Assembly (NCBI RefSeq): GCF_006345805.1
Contig: NC_042997.1
Location: 150,970,001 to 151,034,000 of the forward strand
DNA length: 64,000 nt
Source of the DNA: Octopus sinensis
Lineage: Eukaryota
Direction: 5' to 3'
In this document: piece by piece, positions 14,426-28,639 of the stretch
Numbering within the stretch: position 1 is the stretch's first letter
Layout of the letters: each line of letters opens with the position of its first letter
Notes under the pieces: generated by a model
What the model was told of the DNA's origin: nothing
The model's database searches: none
What the model saw: only the letters and a program-made list of their open reading frames with translations
Translations under genes and position numbers: made by a program

Positions 14426-15059
14426 ATCGACTATTTCCCACAAAATTTCAATCCCTCTGCCTATCTTACAAAGAATTATTATTTCTGATGTTGAATGAGA
14501 GAGCAATGCATGCCATCAAAGTAACCCTGGGATACAAATATATGAAGTCAAATATACCCATCATGACTACATTTCTTATAAACGTAAATTAAGCACTTGT
14601 AAGTTAAACAATGCAATAGATAGATTTACAATTTTCTTCGCGTTGAGTAGCCCATCCCTCTCAAAAGGTCCCTGAATAACGTTTGATTAAATATTACAAA
14701 CGATGCCCTCACGTATTTTAAACCCCAAAGAATTCCCTTCAACATATGGCTATGATACTCTTTCACTGCTCCTGCTCATGATCATAACTGCACATATTGT
14801 CATCCACTAAGGAACATACGCAACTGCTTAAGGTCAGCCAACTGACAAGGAAATCTGTAGCGTTGACCAGAATGATTGCTATAGCTCATCTTTGGCACCA
14901 GGACAAAACATGTACATGATAACACTACTAATCAGTCAATATCAGAAGCCGTAAGAGCCATTGTGGTTATAATTATTGTGATTATTATATGAAAAACCCA
15001 CAGCATATTTTGTTGGGTGTGATAAAAAGTGTCAGTTGTCCACAGCCAGCAGACTTGTT

Positions 15060-15690
15060 TATTGATCATGCTTCAAGAACTCTGCGAAGAATTCTTGCAC
15101 ATCGAAGTAATGCTGATTTTTGTAGATGTTCTACCTTCACGCTTGCACCGATCTTTTTCGGCCATGTTGGCAGTTGAGTGCTGATACTTCCAAGTGCACC
15201 AATTACTATTGGTATCACGTCTACTCTCTTCATTGACCACAACCTTCGCATTTCCCACTTCAAATCGTCATAGTCGTTTATTATTTCTTCTTATTTCACA
15301 TTGATCCTGTTGTCACCTGGTCATGCTATGTCGATTATCATACATGTTATTTTTTTTATTCACCGTAATAATGTCCGGTTTCCGATGCCTGGTCGTTTGA
15401 TCGCACTGGTTCATTGCATTGCACAGGATTTTGCAGTTCTTATTTTTCGGTGATACCTACTAGGAATTGTTTGTACTACGTCTTTGCTGTTTCTAGACCG
15501 TGATTTCCGCAAAGCTCACAATGGATCATTCATGCCACATTGTCATGAGGTCTTTTGTATTCGTGTTGTCCTCATTTCGGGTTTTCGCTAACAATGTAAC
15601 ATATCGTTTAACCCCTCCTTCCACACACTCTACATTTGTTGCTATGAGTAGCGTTGTCTATTCCACACTTCATACAGTTGGCCCTTAATG
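15060..15690 (-). mobile_element. Decayed R4/Dong-like non-LTR 3' fragment (RHD region to RLE C-terminus)
   Basis: ORF 15066-15263: EMRRLWSMKRVDVIPIVIGALGS...LQKSALLRCARILRRVL. Upstream are (H)DNVARMIHCELCG and KPDII motifs. Confidence 0.85.
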
Positions 15691-15939
15691 CTTGTTCCTA
15701 AGCTGCGCATATGAGTGTTTGTATCTTTATCTTCAGGCCGCTCCTCCTCCTCCGTAGACGCTGGTCCTTATTATTACTGTATTATTTTCATATACACTCT
15801 ACAGATTGGACTGTTGGAAAACAAAACATTATAACATCAGGCGACACCAATAACATCAGATACCAAAGAAAACCTCCTATCGGGCTACGACAAGTAACCT
15901 TAGATATCAGGAACCGCCCTAAGTACCCTAGCTGTCCCT

Positions 15940-16025
15940 AAATCATTGTTTTCTGGAATTGTACTAAGCCGGTTCTATGCCTATTTTCTCTATCCCTCTG
16001 TGCAGATCTTTAGTGATAGTTCCCA
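15940..16025 (-). mobile_element. Short R4/Dong-like C-terminal fragment next to a (TTA)n tract
   Basis: Minus strand reads VLIGALGTITKDLHRGIEKIGIE; (TTA)n follows at 16040-16160. Confidence 0.6.
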
Positions 16026-16078
16026 ATGCACCTATTAATACTAGTTTATTATTATTGATATTATTATTATCGTTATTA

Positions 16079-16141
<63 letters not shown>

Positions 16142-16184
16142 CATTATTATTTTTATTATTAGTTGAAAGTGATCATGATGATTA

Positions 16185-16320
16185 AGACTGGGAGCTGGCA
16201 GAATCGTTTCCGGGGGAGAAGGGTCCACTTTGCTTCCATTCTTTCAGGATCAATAAATTAAATATCAGTTGAGCAGAGGGATTGATGTAATCGTCTCACC
16301 TTTCTCCATATTGAGACCAT
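16185..16320 (+). mobile_element. Internally deleted SINE copy
   Basis: gagctggcagaatcgtt followed by ccactttgcttccattctttcaggatcaataaattaaatatcagttgagc, similar to 14033. Confidence 0.6.
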
Positions 16321-16629
16321 TATTAAACTTGTTGTTGCTGGTGATGCAGTTAAATGTATTATTATAGTATTAATATGTTAAGATGGCACAAAATACTTGT
16401 AGTGATTGATTATTGTCCTAACATTCTAAATTGAAATTCCACCGAAGCTATTATTGCATTGCAAGCTTTTTAGATCGATAAAGTGCAATGCCATTCGAGT
16501 ACTAGGCCGTCGGCAATAACTTATACCTGCCTTCAAAATGTGAGGCCTACCTGCATAAGAAACAATTATTATTATTATTATTATTACTATATTATTATTA
16601 TTATTATTATTATTACTATTATTATTATT

Positions 16630-16664
<35 letters not shown>

Positions 16665-17496
16665 AATTGTTGTTTTTGCTGGTGTTGTTGTTACTAGTGG
16701 TGGTGATTTTAATTTAGTCACTATCATAACAGTTTGAGGTCTTCGAATCGCTACAAAGATTTTGGACTGTTTACGAAACACAAATGTAGGAAAATCATTT
16801 AGTTTTCGATAATTATTTTTGTACACTGAAGCTCGTGGACCTCGTTGGACAAATGCCACACACCAAGAGAGATATATGCTTTTCCATTTATAATATATTG
16901 TAACTTTTCTGATTTTGCCTACGTCCTTGGAGTTTTGCCAGAAAATCACGTTATCAAAACAAATGTATATATACGTAACGGCATGGACAATAATAACTTA
17001 CGGTGACAAATTTAATTTCAAGCTAAACCCATGCATTATACATGAATAATAAGTAATAATGTTATTTTGAAAGTTAAAAAAGCAATTTCAGCAAATACAA
17101 TGCCAATAACAAGAACGGACACGTTTTACAAAGGTAAACAAAGTAAGACAACCGAAGTCAAAATCTGTTTGGGGGGTTACCCCATACAGGACTCGGCAAT
17201 ACTTTATCTAGTGTTGCAAACAGCAGAACAACTCTCAGTACCACGAAATATACACGGAAAAATGTCTACGAGGCAATGTCATGTGACAATTCTGTATAGA
17301 GAAGGTTCTTAAACACGAACACGTAAGCTGTTAGATCATGTATCTACACATCTCTAGGAATATTAGTTTGAAAAGCAAAACAGAAATATCCTTCGTATTC
17401 ATTTTCTATTTTTAAATATACCCTACCTTCATAAGAATTTTTCCTCACTTTCTATTTCTCTCTTTCTCTCTCTCCCCCTTTAGATAGAATAGAACA

Positions 17497-17538
<42 letters not shown>

Positions 17539-17595
17539 GATAGATAGATAGATAGATAGACAGATATGCGTACATACATACATATATATATACAT

Positions 17596-17638
<43 letters not shown>

Positions 17639-17799
17639 TATATATATATACACATGTGAGTATGTGTGTGTGCGCATGCGTGTAAATCCATTTCTATTCT
17701 TTTCACTTTATATTTTAATTCGTGTTTATTATCTTTATATATATGCAGTCCTTATCAAACACCTTAACACAACCATTAATCGTCTAATAATTTTAAACA

Positions 17800-18230
17800 T
17801 AGACGCGGGTGATAAGAAGCTTCCTCCCAACCTCATGGTTCAGTGTTCAGTTCCACTACGTGACATCTTGGGCAAGTGTCTTCTATTCCAGTCCTGGGCT
17901 GACTAAAGCCTTGTGAGTGGATTCGGTAGGGGGAAACTGAAAGAAATCCGTTCTATATATATACATATATATATATATGTGTGTGTGTACGTGTGTATGT
18001 ATGTATGTATGTATTTGTTACTTGTGTCTGTGTTTGTCTCCCCACCATCGTTTGACAACAGATGTTGGTGTGTTTATGTCCCCGTAACTTAGCGCTTCGG
18101 CAAAAGACACCAATAGAATAAGTACCAGGCTTACAAAGAATAAATCCTGGGGCCGATTTGTCGACTAAATGGCAGTGTTCCAGCATGGCCACAGTCAAAT
18201 GACGGAAACAAGTAAGAGAATAAAAGAATA
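17800..18230 (+). mobile_element. tRNA-derived CORE-like SINE, full length
   Basis: ggttcagtgttcagttccactacgtgacatcttgggcaagtgtc (CORE-like), central TA/TG microsatellite, and 3' cagcatggccacagtcaaatgacggaaacaagtaagagaata. Colinear with 49617-50030. Confidence 0.9.
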
Positions 18231-20369
18231 TTTCGATAATGAAAAAAAAACTTAATTAACTGCTATACATTTGTACATCGTAACCATTGATATTATGCAT
18301 AATATGAATAAGAGTGCATTCCATCATTACATCTTCCCTTTGGCAATTGAGTCACTGCGAAGCACATGAACACTCAGCCATTATATCATTTTCTTTTGAA
18401 ACAAGTATTTGAATCTTTCTTTGTTTACAATGAACTCACGTTTTTGCAGATCTCAGTTCAGTTAACTGTATATATTTGAGCAGCTGGAAAGATTTTGTTG
18501 CGATTTTGTCTGACGCTTTGCTATGCATCAATCTTCAGAATGGCTCATTTCTTCAGCCCTTCAAAGTAACCTGAATTATATCATGTATTTGTACTGCAAC
18601 TTCATTTATATCCAGCATTGCTATGTAAGTACAATTGGTAGCACAACTAAAGATAACATATCACGCCTCGTAGAATGTGTTTCAAGGAAAAGGTCAAGAC
18701 TCTCAGACAATTTCATCAGTATCGTCTATAATCTTGTTTCGACCTTAAATGAGAACGAAATAAGTTTGGCTTAGATAGAGGTTTATGATGAAACGCTGCT
18801 CATTAATAACCTCTAAGTTTCTCTTTTGTTGTCCATCAAGCTGAAGTTGTAATGTTAGCTAAACACTCACAACTGTCAAGCAATGATTACCCATTATGAT
18901 AAATGAAGTTATTTCTACAAAGAATCCAATATTTTTTCTTTTCTTTTTTTTTTTTTTGTAATGCCTCAAGTTTCAATCATGATTTCTCAAACAAAAATCG
19001 TTTCACTCACAGTTTGAAAAACTGACTTAGTGTTAATTATTATACACTGTGGGGGAAACGGCTACGATTAGATCCTGTCCTGGACCCCAGGGAAAATGGA
19101 TGGGATATCTAATATAATACGCTTTAAAATGGTTTGTAAATGTAAGAATGTAAGAAAATACGAATCATCACGCTTGTAGAGTGCAACATAAATGTGATTG
19201 AAATATGTTTATTGAGAAAAGGGTATATTAGAATAAGTACAAGAAGGCATTTATATATTTCTATTATATTTATTTTTGTATATTGTCTTTATAGTTGTAC
19301 AAAGAATTTTCTTGTTTCTTGCTTAGTTATACATGAAATACAATACAGTTTTTTTTTCTACATCTATACTAACACTACAAACGTCATTTTCGTTGGTGTA
19401 TACAGACTTTTGTCCAAATCTGTAGGATTCTATACATTATATGTTTCAAAGTTTTCGACAAGGTCATTCTTTGTATAACGACCTTGGCCCAACTATTGAT
19501 TGAATATAAGTTTTGTTTTATCTTTTCTTACACATTTCTATAATGCTCTCTTTTAAAGTTTCATGTTATGTATGTGTGAATGAATTGAATGTAATTACTC
19601 TCACTTGCTAATAATGAATGGTTTATTATTATTAAGATCGAGCGTTTCATGCATGTTTCTTCAGCATCAATTGAAGTGTTATTCTTTCTGATCTTGTGTG
19701 ATGTATTGTGTTTTTAACATGCAGATCCGTGTAAGTATCTTACATCACATATGCTTTTGCTATGGAATTAGCATTGTTACTGATGCCATTTTACCGTTTC
19801 CTCTGTAGTGTAACGTATCCGCAGTACATATTGTGTTATTTTGTTAGCAGTGAATCTGTTTAGTTTTTGATATGTAGCATCATGTGTTTCAATGTCAGAT
19901 GGTGATGATGTTCTATTATATACACCGTGTGGGGTTTGTTTAGAAATAATGAGTTGCAACTTTGTACTGTGTGAGTTGTGTGATTTATTTATCTTGCAGT
20001 CCTGCATAAGTTATGTAAGAGTGAATAGCTTGCGCATCATTGGTTGCTGATTGCTTAGAGCATGTGTGATATGTGTTGTGAGCAGAGTGGTGTTTGAGTT
20101 GTCTAGTGTAAGAGAAAGTCTCTTGCTTAGTTTGAGTGCTGTAAACAGTAGATCAAAGTTTAGACTTCGTTTAACATTGTGAGTCGCAGTTTATTTTGTA
20201 TATCATGTTCATATTTATGAATGATACGTAGTTTTCCAATTTTCATTGGTTCCCTATCTAATTTCATCGTCCAGACCCTGATTCTTTTAACTGTGAATTG
20301 GGTGAACTTTGACAGTTTTTCCTTATTTTTATGTAATATATTTGACAAAGTTGATCGCGATGAGTGAGT

Positions 20370-21075
20370 TATATTAGTGTTTTCGTTCAGGCATTTGATT
20401 ATAACTAGACTATTTGCCTTGATTCTGTTATCGTTTTGGATAGGCAAATCCCAAATTATTACGTCTAGCATTAGCGTATAACTGTGTGACGTGCCAAGTA
20501 GAGATTTATAAAATTTGTGGTCCGTTTTCGTGTGGGAATATTCACGTATTGGACACAGTGGACACAGCTAGCAACTTGCTACTGCCAGCTTATTATTTTC
20601 GGGTAATTTCTCCTTTCGCTCTACATTCCCATCATGTTCTATCAGAAACATTAGTGTATCGGACAAAATACCTTTCGGTGTTGGTCCATGTTCTTACGTA
20701 TCCGGCCGTGGAAGGTTAATCATTGATATATGTGCCCTTGATAAAAGATATTAGCCGAAAACTGGTATCTGAGAATATGCTGGCTTTGTGCTTAAAGTAG
20801 GAAATGTAATTTTTTTCTTTTACTTTGCATGTTCGATGAAATGGCCTATAGCAAGTGAAAGTTAAGAGATGCTAGGTAGGAAAAGTTGGGAGGACAGTAC
20901 AGAGATACCTTCGTATAATACAACACAAACATTTAAATTGATTGGGCTTTTCTAAGGACTTGAGCAAGCTGTGCTTGACAGCGCAATATTTTGGATTTCT
21001 GTGAGATATAATTCTCCTGGGATGTCTAGATATTTCTGACATCCCTTTTTGTCATATCTAGAGCACCTGCAAAAA
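20370..21075 (-). mobile_element. Cluster of decayed R4/Dong-like fragments (zinc-finger/RHD region, RLE, C-terminus)
   Basis: IIWDLPIQNDNRIKAN at 20400-20470 (ILWDxPIQTDRxIKANRPD), QVASCVHC..NIPT at about 20540-20600, and GAL...KGCQKYLDIPGELYLTEIQNIAL at 20960-21070 (with frameshifts). Confidence 0.7.
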
Positions 21076-21350
21076 CAGTAAATCAACATACAATAAATAT
21101 TTAGTATTTAATAACGCAAACCTTCAAATACCTTCAAACATAGCAATAGCAACACCAGCAATGAAACTCCTTTATACTTGCTAAGATTTTGGTATGTCTT
21201 GACAGATAGGTTTATATAGATTTGGACAATCATATCAATGAGGAGACATGGTTTTTGTCTGAAAACTTTCAACATATTTGGCCTATTTGCATCTATCTTT
21301 CAATCATTTTGTTAGTTGTTGTTGCTGTTGTTGTTGTTATTATTATTATA

Positions 21351-21386
<36 letters not shown>

Positions 21387-21410
21387 GTTGTTGTTGTTGT
21401 TGTTGTTGTT

Positions 21411-21487
<77 letters not shown>

Positions 21488-21504
21488 CATTATTATTATT
21501 ATTA

Positions 21505-21790
21505 TTCAGTAGTTTTATTTTTATAACGTGCTTTCACTTCACTACCGAGCGCAGCTCTGTGTGCCTTGGGTATGTGCTGTGGTTTTGTTTGATGCTCTTA
21601 TGATTACTGTATCGAAAGTGATTTGCGTAGGATGTGTGCAGTGCCAAGTAGTGCAATTTTCAGTATGTTATATATATTTGTAAGTCCTGGTGTATTTATT
21701 ATGTATTTGTCTGAATATTTTTTATCATACATAATGCGCCTACTATGATAGGAATTGTTTCTGTTTTTAGGTTCCACATTCGATTAATAT
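21505..21790 (-). mobile_element. 5'-truncated R4/Dong-like 3' end inserted in an (ATT)n/(TAA)n tract
   Basis: RMWNLKTETIPIIVGAL...GLTNIYNILKIALLGTAHILRKSLS*, then a 3' UTR. (TAA)n lies on both sides (21310-21505 and 21788-21885). Confidence 0.85.
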
Positions 21791-21808
21791 TATTATTATT
21801 ATTGTTGA

Positions 21809-21883
<75 letters not shown>

Positions 21884-22379
21884 CATTGCATGGGAGAGGA
21901 ATGTGACACTGGATATGAATATGACACTGTGACATGACACTATGACATGAATGTGACACTGGATATGAATATACAAAACCCATGGTGCCGATTTGTGGAA
22001 TGCAACACAGGTGCAAAGAGCAAAATATCCTCCATAAAAAGAAAGAATCTTTATGCAGTAAAACTTAGGCAAGATTTTACACTTTGCAGTTTCCCAATTT
22101 TCCATGAGCTGTCTGATCAACATTCGGATATAGCAAACAAAAATATATCGGTGATGATATCAACTAATATCTCGTGGTCATATTTTGTTGTATGATATTA
22201 TCAGTGCCATTATGTCTATCAGTGATTTCTTACGTTCTTTCAATTGTCAGTGGTCTTACATTTTTCAACACTCCATAACATCATTGTTCATAGAGTTTTG
22301 TCGCTAAGTAGCTTTCGAAAGAAGGGTGCAAATATGGCTAGAAAATGCAAATGTTGTACACTAGAAAATATTATAAGTT

Positions 22380-22535
22380 CAAGAGTGGTAAGTAGCTTGC
22401 TTACCAACCACATGGTTCCGGGTTCAGTCCCACTGCATGGCACTTGGGCAATTGTCTTTTCCTATAGCCTCGGCCTGACCAAAGCCTTGTGAGTGGATTT
22501 GGTAGATGGAAATTAAAAGAAGTCTGTCGTGTATA
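22380..22535 (+). mobile_element. 5' part of CORE-like SINE
   Basis: gtggtaagtagcttgcttaccaaccacatggttccgggttcagtcccactgcatggcacttgggcaa...aaagccttgtgagtggatttggtag. Confidence 0.9.
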
Positions 22536-23320
22536 TAGATATATATATTTATGAATTTACATTGTCAAATCAATACCCAGTAAGGGATATAATCAACATC
22601 CCGTGAAAGAGAGAAACTGCAAAATGAGGGAGAGGCCATCTCGTAAGAGATATATAAAATATATGTTGGAAATACTTATGTATATATACCGTAACATATA
22701 TTTGCCAACTAAGTGTGGTGTTCTATACAGGACAGTGCTACTGATGTTTATAGACCCAGGAAGACATCTCCTCCAGTAAGCTAACGACACACATTCTTTG
22801 TCCAATTAGTATTTGCTAGGGAAGATCATCGCTCCTATCTTTAGATTTACGTGATATACATGTAGTCAGTTTTCTGGGGGGTTACTCGTCCTCAGCGTGT
22901 GTTAGTCACCAGCTAGTGATGGAAGCTCACTCCTCTTGCAAATTGGTATATATTTTTTCTAAATAGCCATTGTCTGTGATCTCGTAGAAGAGAGAGAATG
23001 TGATATTAAATCTCTGAGCGGGATATAAACAGTACGGAACCGTAACATATATTTGCCATTTAAGTGTGGCGTCGAATACATAGAAATACACATATGCACA
23101 CTCACACACACACGGTTACGCGCGCGCACACATACGCATATTTATATGGAGTAGGTTTATGTATATAATCTTATAACGTATAGTCAAATTGGAAAATTGT
23201 ACTGTATGCATTCATGTTAAATGTTTGACCTATTTACTTCTTATTTTCATTTAAGTGTGTTAGTGCATAATGGCATGTGCGTCCTATAAACCCCATTCAT
23301 GACACGGAGTAAATAGTAAC

Positions 23321-23362
<42 letters not shown>

Positions 23363-23943
23363 TATTATTATTATTATAATAATAATAATAACAATAGGAA
23401 GAAAAGAAGAAGAAGAAGAAGAAGAAAAGAGGGATGACATATTTAATGATACTGAACTACTAGCTCTTATTATTATTATTATTATCATTATTATCATTAT
23501 TATCATTATTATCATTATTATTATTGTTATTATTAAAGTTATAATTTCGGAATTGATTCCAAGCAAAATCTATCGCCTGTTGATTATTCGACAATAGATC
23601 CATTATCAGATTGAATTCCTTAAATTCTATGAACATATCCTAAAGTCAAATGCAAGAACGGGTGTAATTAATGGAGTTCATGACTCAATAATATTCAGCG
23701 CAGCAGACAGATCACGACCTGTGAAATTACAATGCTATTGTAATCCATCGCAAGTGCTCTCAGTTATAAGTGAATAGGAAATTAAGCATTGCTAGTTTAC
23801 TAATATTACCTATATAGCTTCTGGTGAATTTCACCCATATCTATGTCTTGTCAGTCTAACTAAAGAGACCGTATTAATAATTTCACATATTGATTAAGCA
23901 TTTCTTACTTTCCTGCTATGATTTATATGACATTATCTCGTAT

Positions 23944-24000
<57 letters not shown>

Positions 24001-24120
24001 ATATCGATAAGACGGGGAAAGAATTTTATAATCATATATATATACATATAAAGAGATAGATATTAACACACTCATACCTATATACATGTACATACGTATA
24101 TATATATATGCATATATATG

Positions 24121-24161
<41 letters not shown>

Positions 24162-27100
24162 TTTTGTATGTCTGTATACATAGATATATGTATATATGCA
24201 TGCATGCATGTGTACGTATGTATATCTATGTGTATATGTGTATGATTGCATACGCTTGGGAGTGCATATATGCCTTGTGTACGCACACCGACGCGAGAAA
24301 AATTTCGCTGTCAAATAATACCTCATCCCAACTGAAATGGAAAATTAATAACTAATCTTATGCCACTACGGTTTTCGTATTTCTTCTGTCAGTTAGGCGA
24401 CGTTTATGATTTGATCTTTTTTTTCTTCCCACTGAAAATATTACACTTCTTCCTTGCTTTATACGCCAATTCATACTATTAGATCATGACAAGATGTAAA
24501 GAAAAAAATTATTGTCAGTAATATTTCATAAAACCAAAAAGAATAACATTTTCTTACTTTGAGTTGCATTACTACACTACTGGGAAATACATGCAATGAA
24601 ATACAAGGCAATATATAAAATTTAACTCTCAACACAATCATTTCACTTCATTATTAATATCCCATGGTATACAAAAGTTCAAAAATGTTGTGACTACTCG
24701 CACTTCAGATAAGAATAGCTATAAATAAATATTATACTTTCTTTCTCTTTAGTAGGTAATCATTTACTGGAGACACAGAACTTTTACCGTCTAACCTATA
24801 AAATACTCGAACATTTCAACGAGTAAATATAAATGCAAAACGCATAAAACTAGTGAAATGAAATCCATTACCATATGCTTAAAGTTAGATTGTCGCTGTT
24901 GTTGTTGTTATTGTTTATGATACCCTTGATTATATTATCATAGTGATGGTATTAGCAGCTGTGCTGTCTTTCTTTGTGTTATATATATTGTGTGTAAACT
25001 ATACTTTTCTAGTTCGTGCTGCCACAATGTTGCACACAAGTATTCTGCCTTCGAACACTGTTAGTTTCGTTCCGGAATATTGAGCTGGCTTTAATAATAT
25101 GTTTGAATCAGGGCACCTCTTCATCAAAACAATGTATAGTACTGTTATCAAAATTCATTCACAAATTTCAAGTCTCAAAATTCGCATACATATTTATGAA
25201 AAAGTCAGGATAGATTCATTGTCCTTATTCGGTCGCTGTAACAACTCCCCACGTTAACTAAAAGTTCCTATCATTCAACATAAAGCGTACTGGGGAAATT
25301 ACAGGAAACGTACGAAAAATGAAACATGGAACATTAGATGCCATCAGAAATAAATCAGCAGCCATCAAACCATGACCCTCTTAAAACCAAATGGTGTCGT
25401 CCAAAGTGAAAACGAAACTTCGACAAAAAGAAGTTCAGAAACAGATTCTAGAATTGTCTTTGGTCCCAGCACTGTTCATTTATAACCGATGGGAATATAA
25501 CAAAGCAAAAAGAAATCTAAAAATTTGAAAAACTTCTCCTTAGAGAAAGTATACATAATGAAAATGGGAGAAAATTAATGAAAATAAAAGACCAAATTTT
25601 TAAAATGACGAGTATATATGATAAAAAGATAGATCTAACAGGTATAAGCAAAAAATAATAATTATATACAAGGAGACTAAACCGATGAACATTTATGTAG
25701 TTTTGAAAAACATAAAGCAAAACTAAACCCCGAAATCGAAAACATACATAGAAGTCAGGATGCTTAACATTTAAGTATGGGAAGTTCTAAAGACGGAAAA
25801 TCCTTGGATCGATTAATTATTTCCAAATAATCCAAGTGTAGGGTATAAATATGTGATGCACATAAATATCGGGGTTTATTCTCATCGAAAATACAAGTGT
25901 TTGAAATTGAAATAAATAGGTATGGAAAAATATATAAGAAGGTAGAGCAGAAAGGAAGAGAAACAATGAAAATATAAAAATAATAGAGAAAATTATGATA
26001 ATTTCTTGTTTTTACTAGTGTGGCATCAGTTGAGATGGGTATTACAGTAAAGTTTACAATTTGTCGAGACGTTTACGTAAAGAATGAAAAGGGGAGGCGA
26101 GGGGATATTGGATAAAAAAGTATACACAGTGTGCAATGTACGTGAAAAGATTCATAATGCATTCTCCTCTTGTGCCAGAAAGTACCAACTAGGACCAATG
26201 AAGAGTGTCTATAGATCTAGAATCACCTGTACCCATGAGATCCAGAACTAATCTTGCTAAAGTCTGCATATGCACCTTTGTGGTTGGCGTATGCTTAGAA
26301 TAGGACTAATCCACCTAAAGAAAATTATAATTGCGCTCCATTTGTAAGGTCATATGTTGTTAATCATGATAAGTGATCACTATTCCGTGAACGCGTCCTT
26401 TTGATGCATATGGCTGGTGTATCTTTATCAGACGGGTAGTCATTAGGAGTATATTGGGCTACGTATATTTGTACTCCAGTGTCATTTTAATAGCATACCC
26501 TTCCCGTCTTACTCAATAGTCAGTTTGCAAGAGATACCAACGCCAAGACAGATATAGAAAACCGGTGGCAATGGATAAGGAGAAGAGACCTAAAGATATA
26601 GAGAGAAGCACTTAAATACGCAGTACAAAAACAAGCGTTTGTGCATTGAGTCTAACGCTCAAGCAGGCCACGGCTTTGATCCCTGCATGATGACGGAAAT
26701 CATCCGGTGCGACATTTTTTTTTGTTTCATTTTGTGCAATACACTACTCTCGGTTGCTGCTTCTCATCGATTCTCGAAAATAAGTAATATCTGTGAAGCA
26801 AATAAAGCCAAATATTCTATATGATGCCTTACCGACTCTTCCAATGTCCCGTCCTATAATGTTTGAATTTCACAAGTTTATAAAAGAAATTTTGTACTTG
26901 TCGCTTTCCCTCCTAAAAGCAGCTGCCATATTTCTCTCAAATTACATTCCTCAATCTTAACAAAGGACAATTATGATATAAATGAAGGTCTAAAGAACTA
27001 TTCAGAGATGTGAGGGTCATGACTGGAATATATTCCATTATACATCAACTCTATTACGGTTGAGTTGATTTCAGCTACTACATTTTTTTTTCAGACTGAA

Positions 27101-28639
27101 ATGTATCTTTTGAAAGCATCTGAAATATATACGCTGTCTTTGTTCACAAGCTCAGGTTAAGCTGCAGGAATTGTTATTATTCACATTTTTTCTCAGTTTA
27201 ATTATTTTAATCGATTCAATTTAATTAGTTCCCGAGGGAGGTATCAATTCGAAACCATAGTTGTAAAAATGTATATATATTCAAATATTTTTCGATCAAA
27301 ATAAAGTTTAAAATTATCTTATCAAGAAACAGATAAAAAAAACAATTCAATTTTCATTTAGATATAAATCATAAACATTAAATTTAAATAAACTAACTCG
27401 TTTTAATCAGCAATCTTCCCCTTGGGTCGTCTTCAATCTTTGTTTTTGTTGAAGTTAGTTTTGAAGACTTAGTTCATGAACTTCGTACTTAAATATGAAT
27501 TATATCTCTCCCATAGTTAGATGTAATTCCAATTTCGCTATATAATAATTCCCTTTTCAGGACGGTCGATAGTCTGAAAATGAACAGTTATAAAATACCC
27601 ATTTACAATAATATCGCCATTAATGTCAACAATATTTGTAATTTGATTGAAGCCACAAATGAAATGACTGAGTAGCAGCTGCAAGATGCACAACACAACA
27701 GAAACCCCAACAGCAGTAGTGGCGGCAGCGGCAGCTATTGTATTTTATGCTATATTAACACCAGTAAAACAGCACGAGACAAATATTACACTAGGAGCAA
27801 AAGGACCCAAAACGCTTGTAGCAATTGCAACAGTTGAAATAGTGTTTGTTTTCTGACAAAAGAGAAAAAACATTTTAGCAGGAACACATATAACATATAA
27901 ACACAGTAATTGGTTCTACGATATTGAACGTATTTATGATATTTTCTGTTCACTAATTGGGAGAAAAAACTTTTCCAGTGGCTTCTTTTCTATTTTTTGT
28001 TTCTTTTGTTTTGTTTTGGTGCTAAAATTCGGAGATGTTCCCTGGGAAATGTAGACGAACATTCTTCACCACATTTTCTTGTCTCGTGTAAAGATAGGCA
28101 TTTTAAGTAGATATGATAGACCGTATTTATAAGCAGGAGAAAAGTTATATTAGGATGTAGTTGTGAAATAATGACATAATAATTATTAGTATTAGCAATA
28201 ATAGGAGCAACAAGAACAAAAAGAAAGCAGGAAAAAGGAGGAGGTGGAGATAAAGAAGAAGAAGAAGAAGAAGAAGAAGAAGAAGAAGAAGAAGACGAAG
28301 AAGAAGAAGAAGAAGAAGAAGAAGAGAAGAAGAGAAGAAGAAGAAGAAGAAGAAGAAGAGAAGAAGAAGAAGTTGATGATGATGATGATGAATGGTAATT
28401 CGGAAGAATCCACGCTCAAATTACTACGAACCCCGGGTCTATGTTGTTTCAGATCTACTTTCCTGTAATATTTGTATTTCTTTGATCTATATACTGGTGT
28501 ACATATGTACGATCTGACAAGTTCACCGTGTATTTTAGCTAGATCTTTAATTTTAAATGTAGACCAGATAGTTCCATAGATTTTGCATTTTTGAGTAATT
28601 AGCATTTGAAGCTGGAGGTACATGGTATGATCACCCGGT

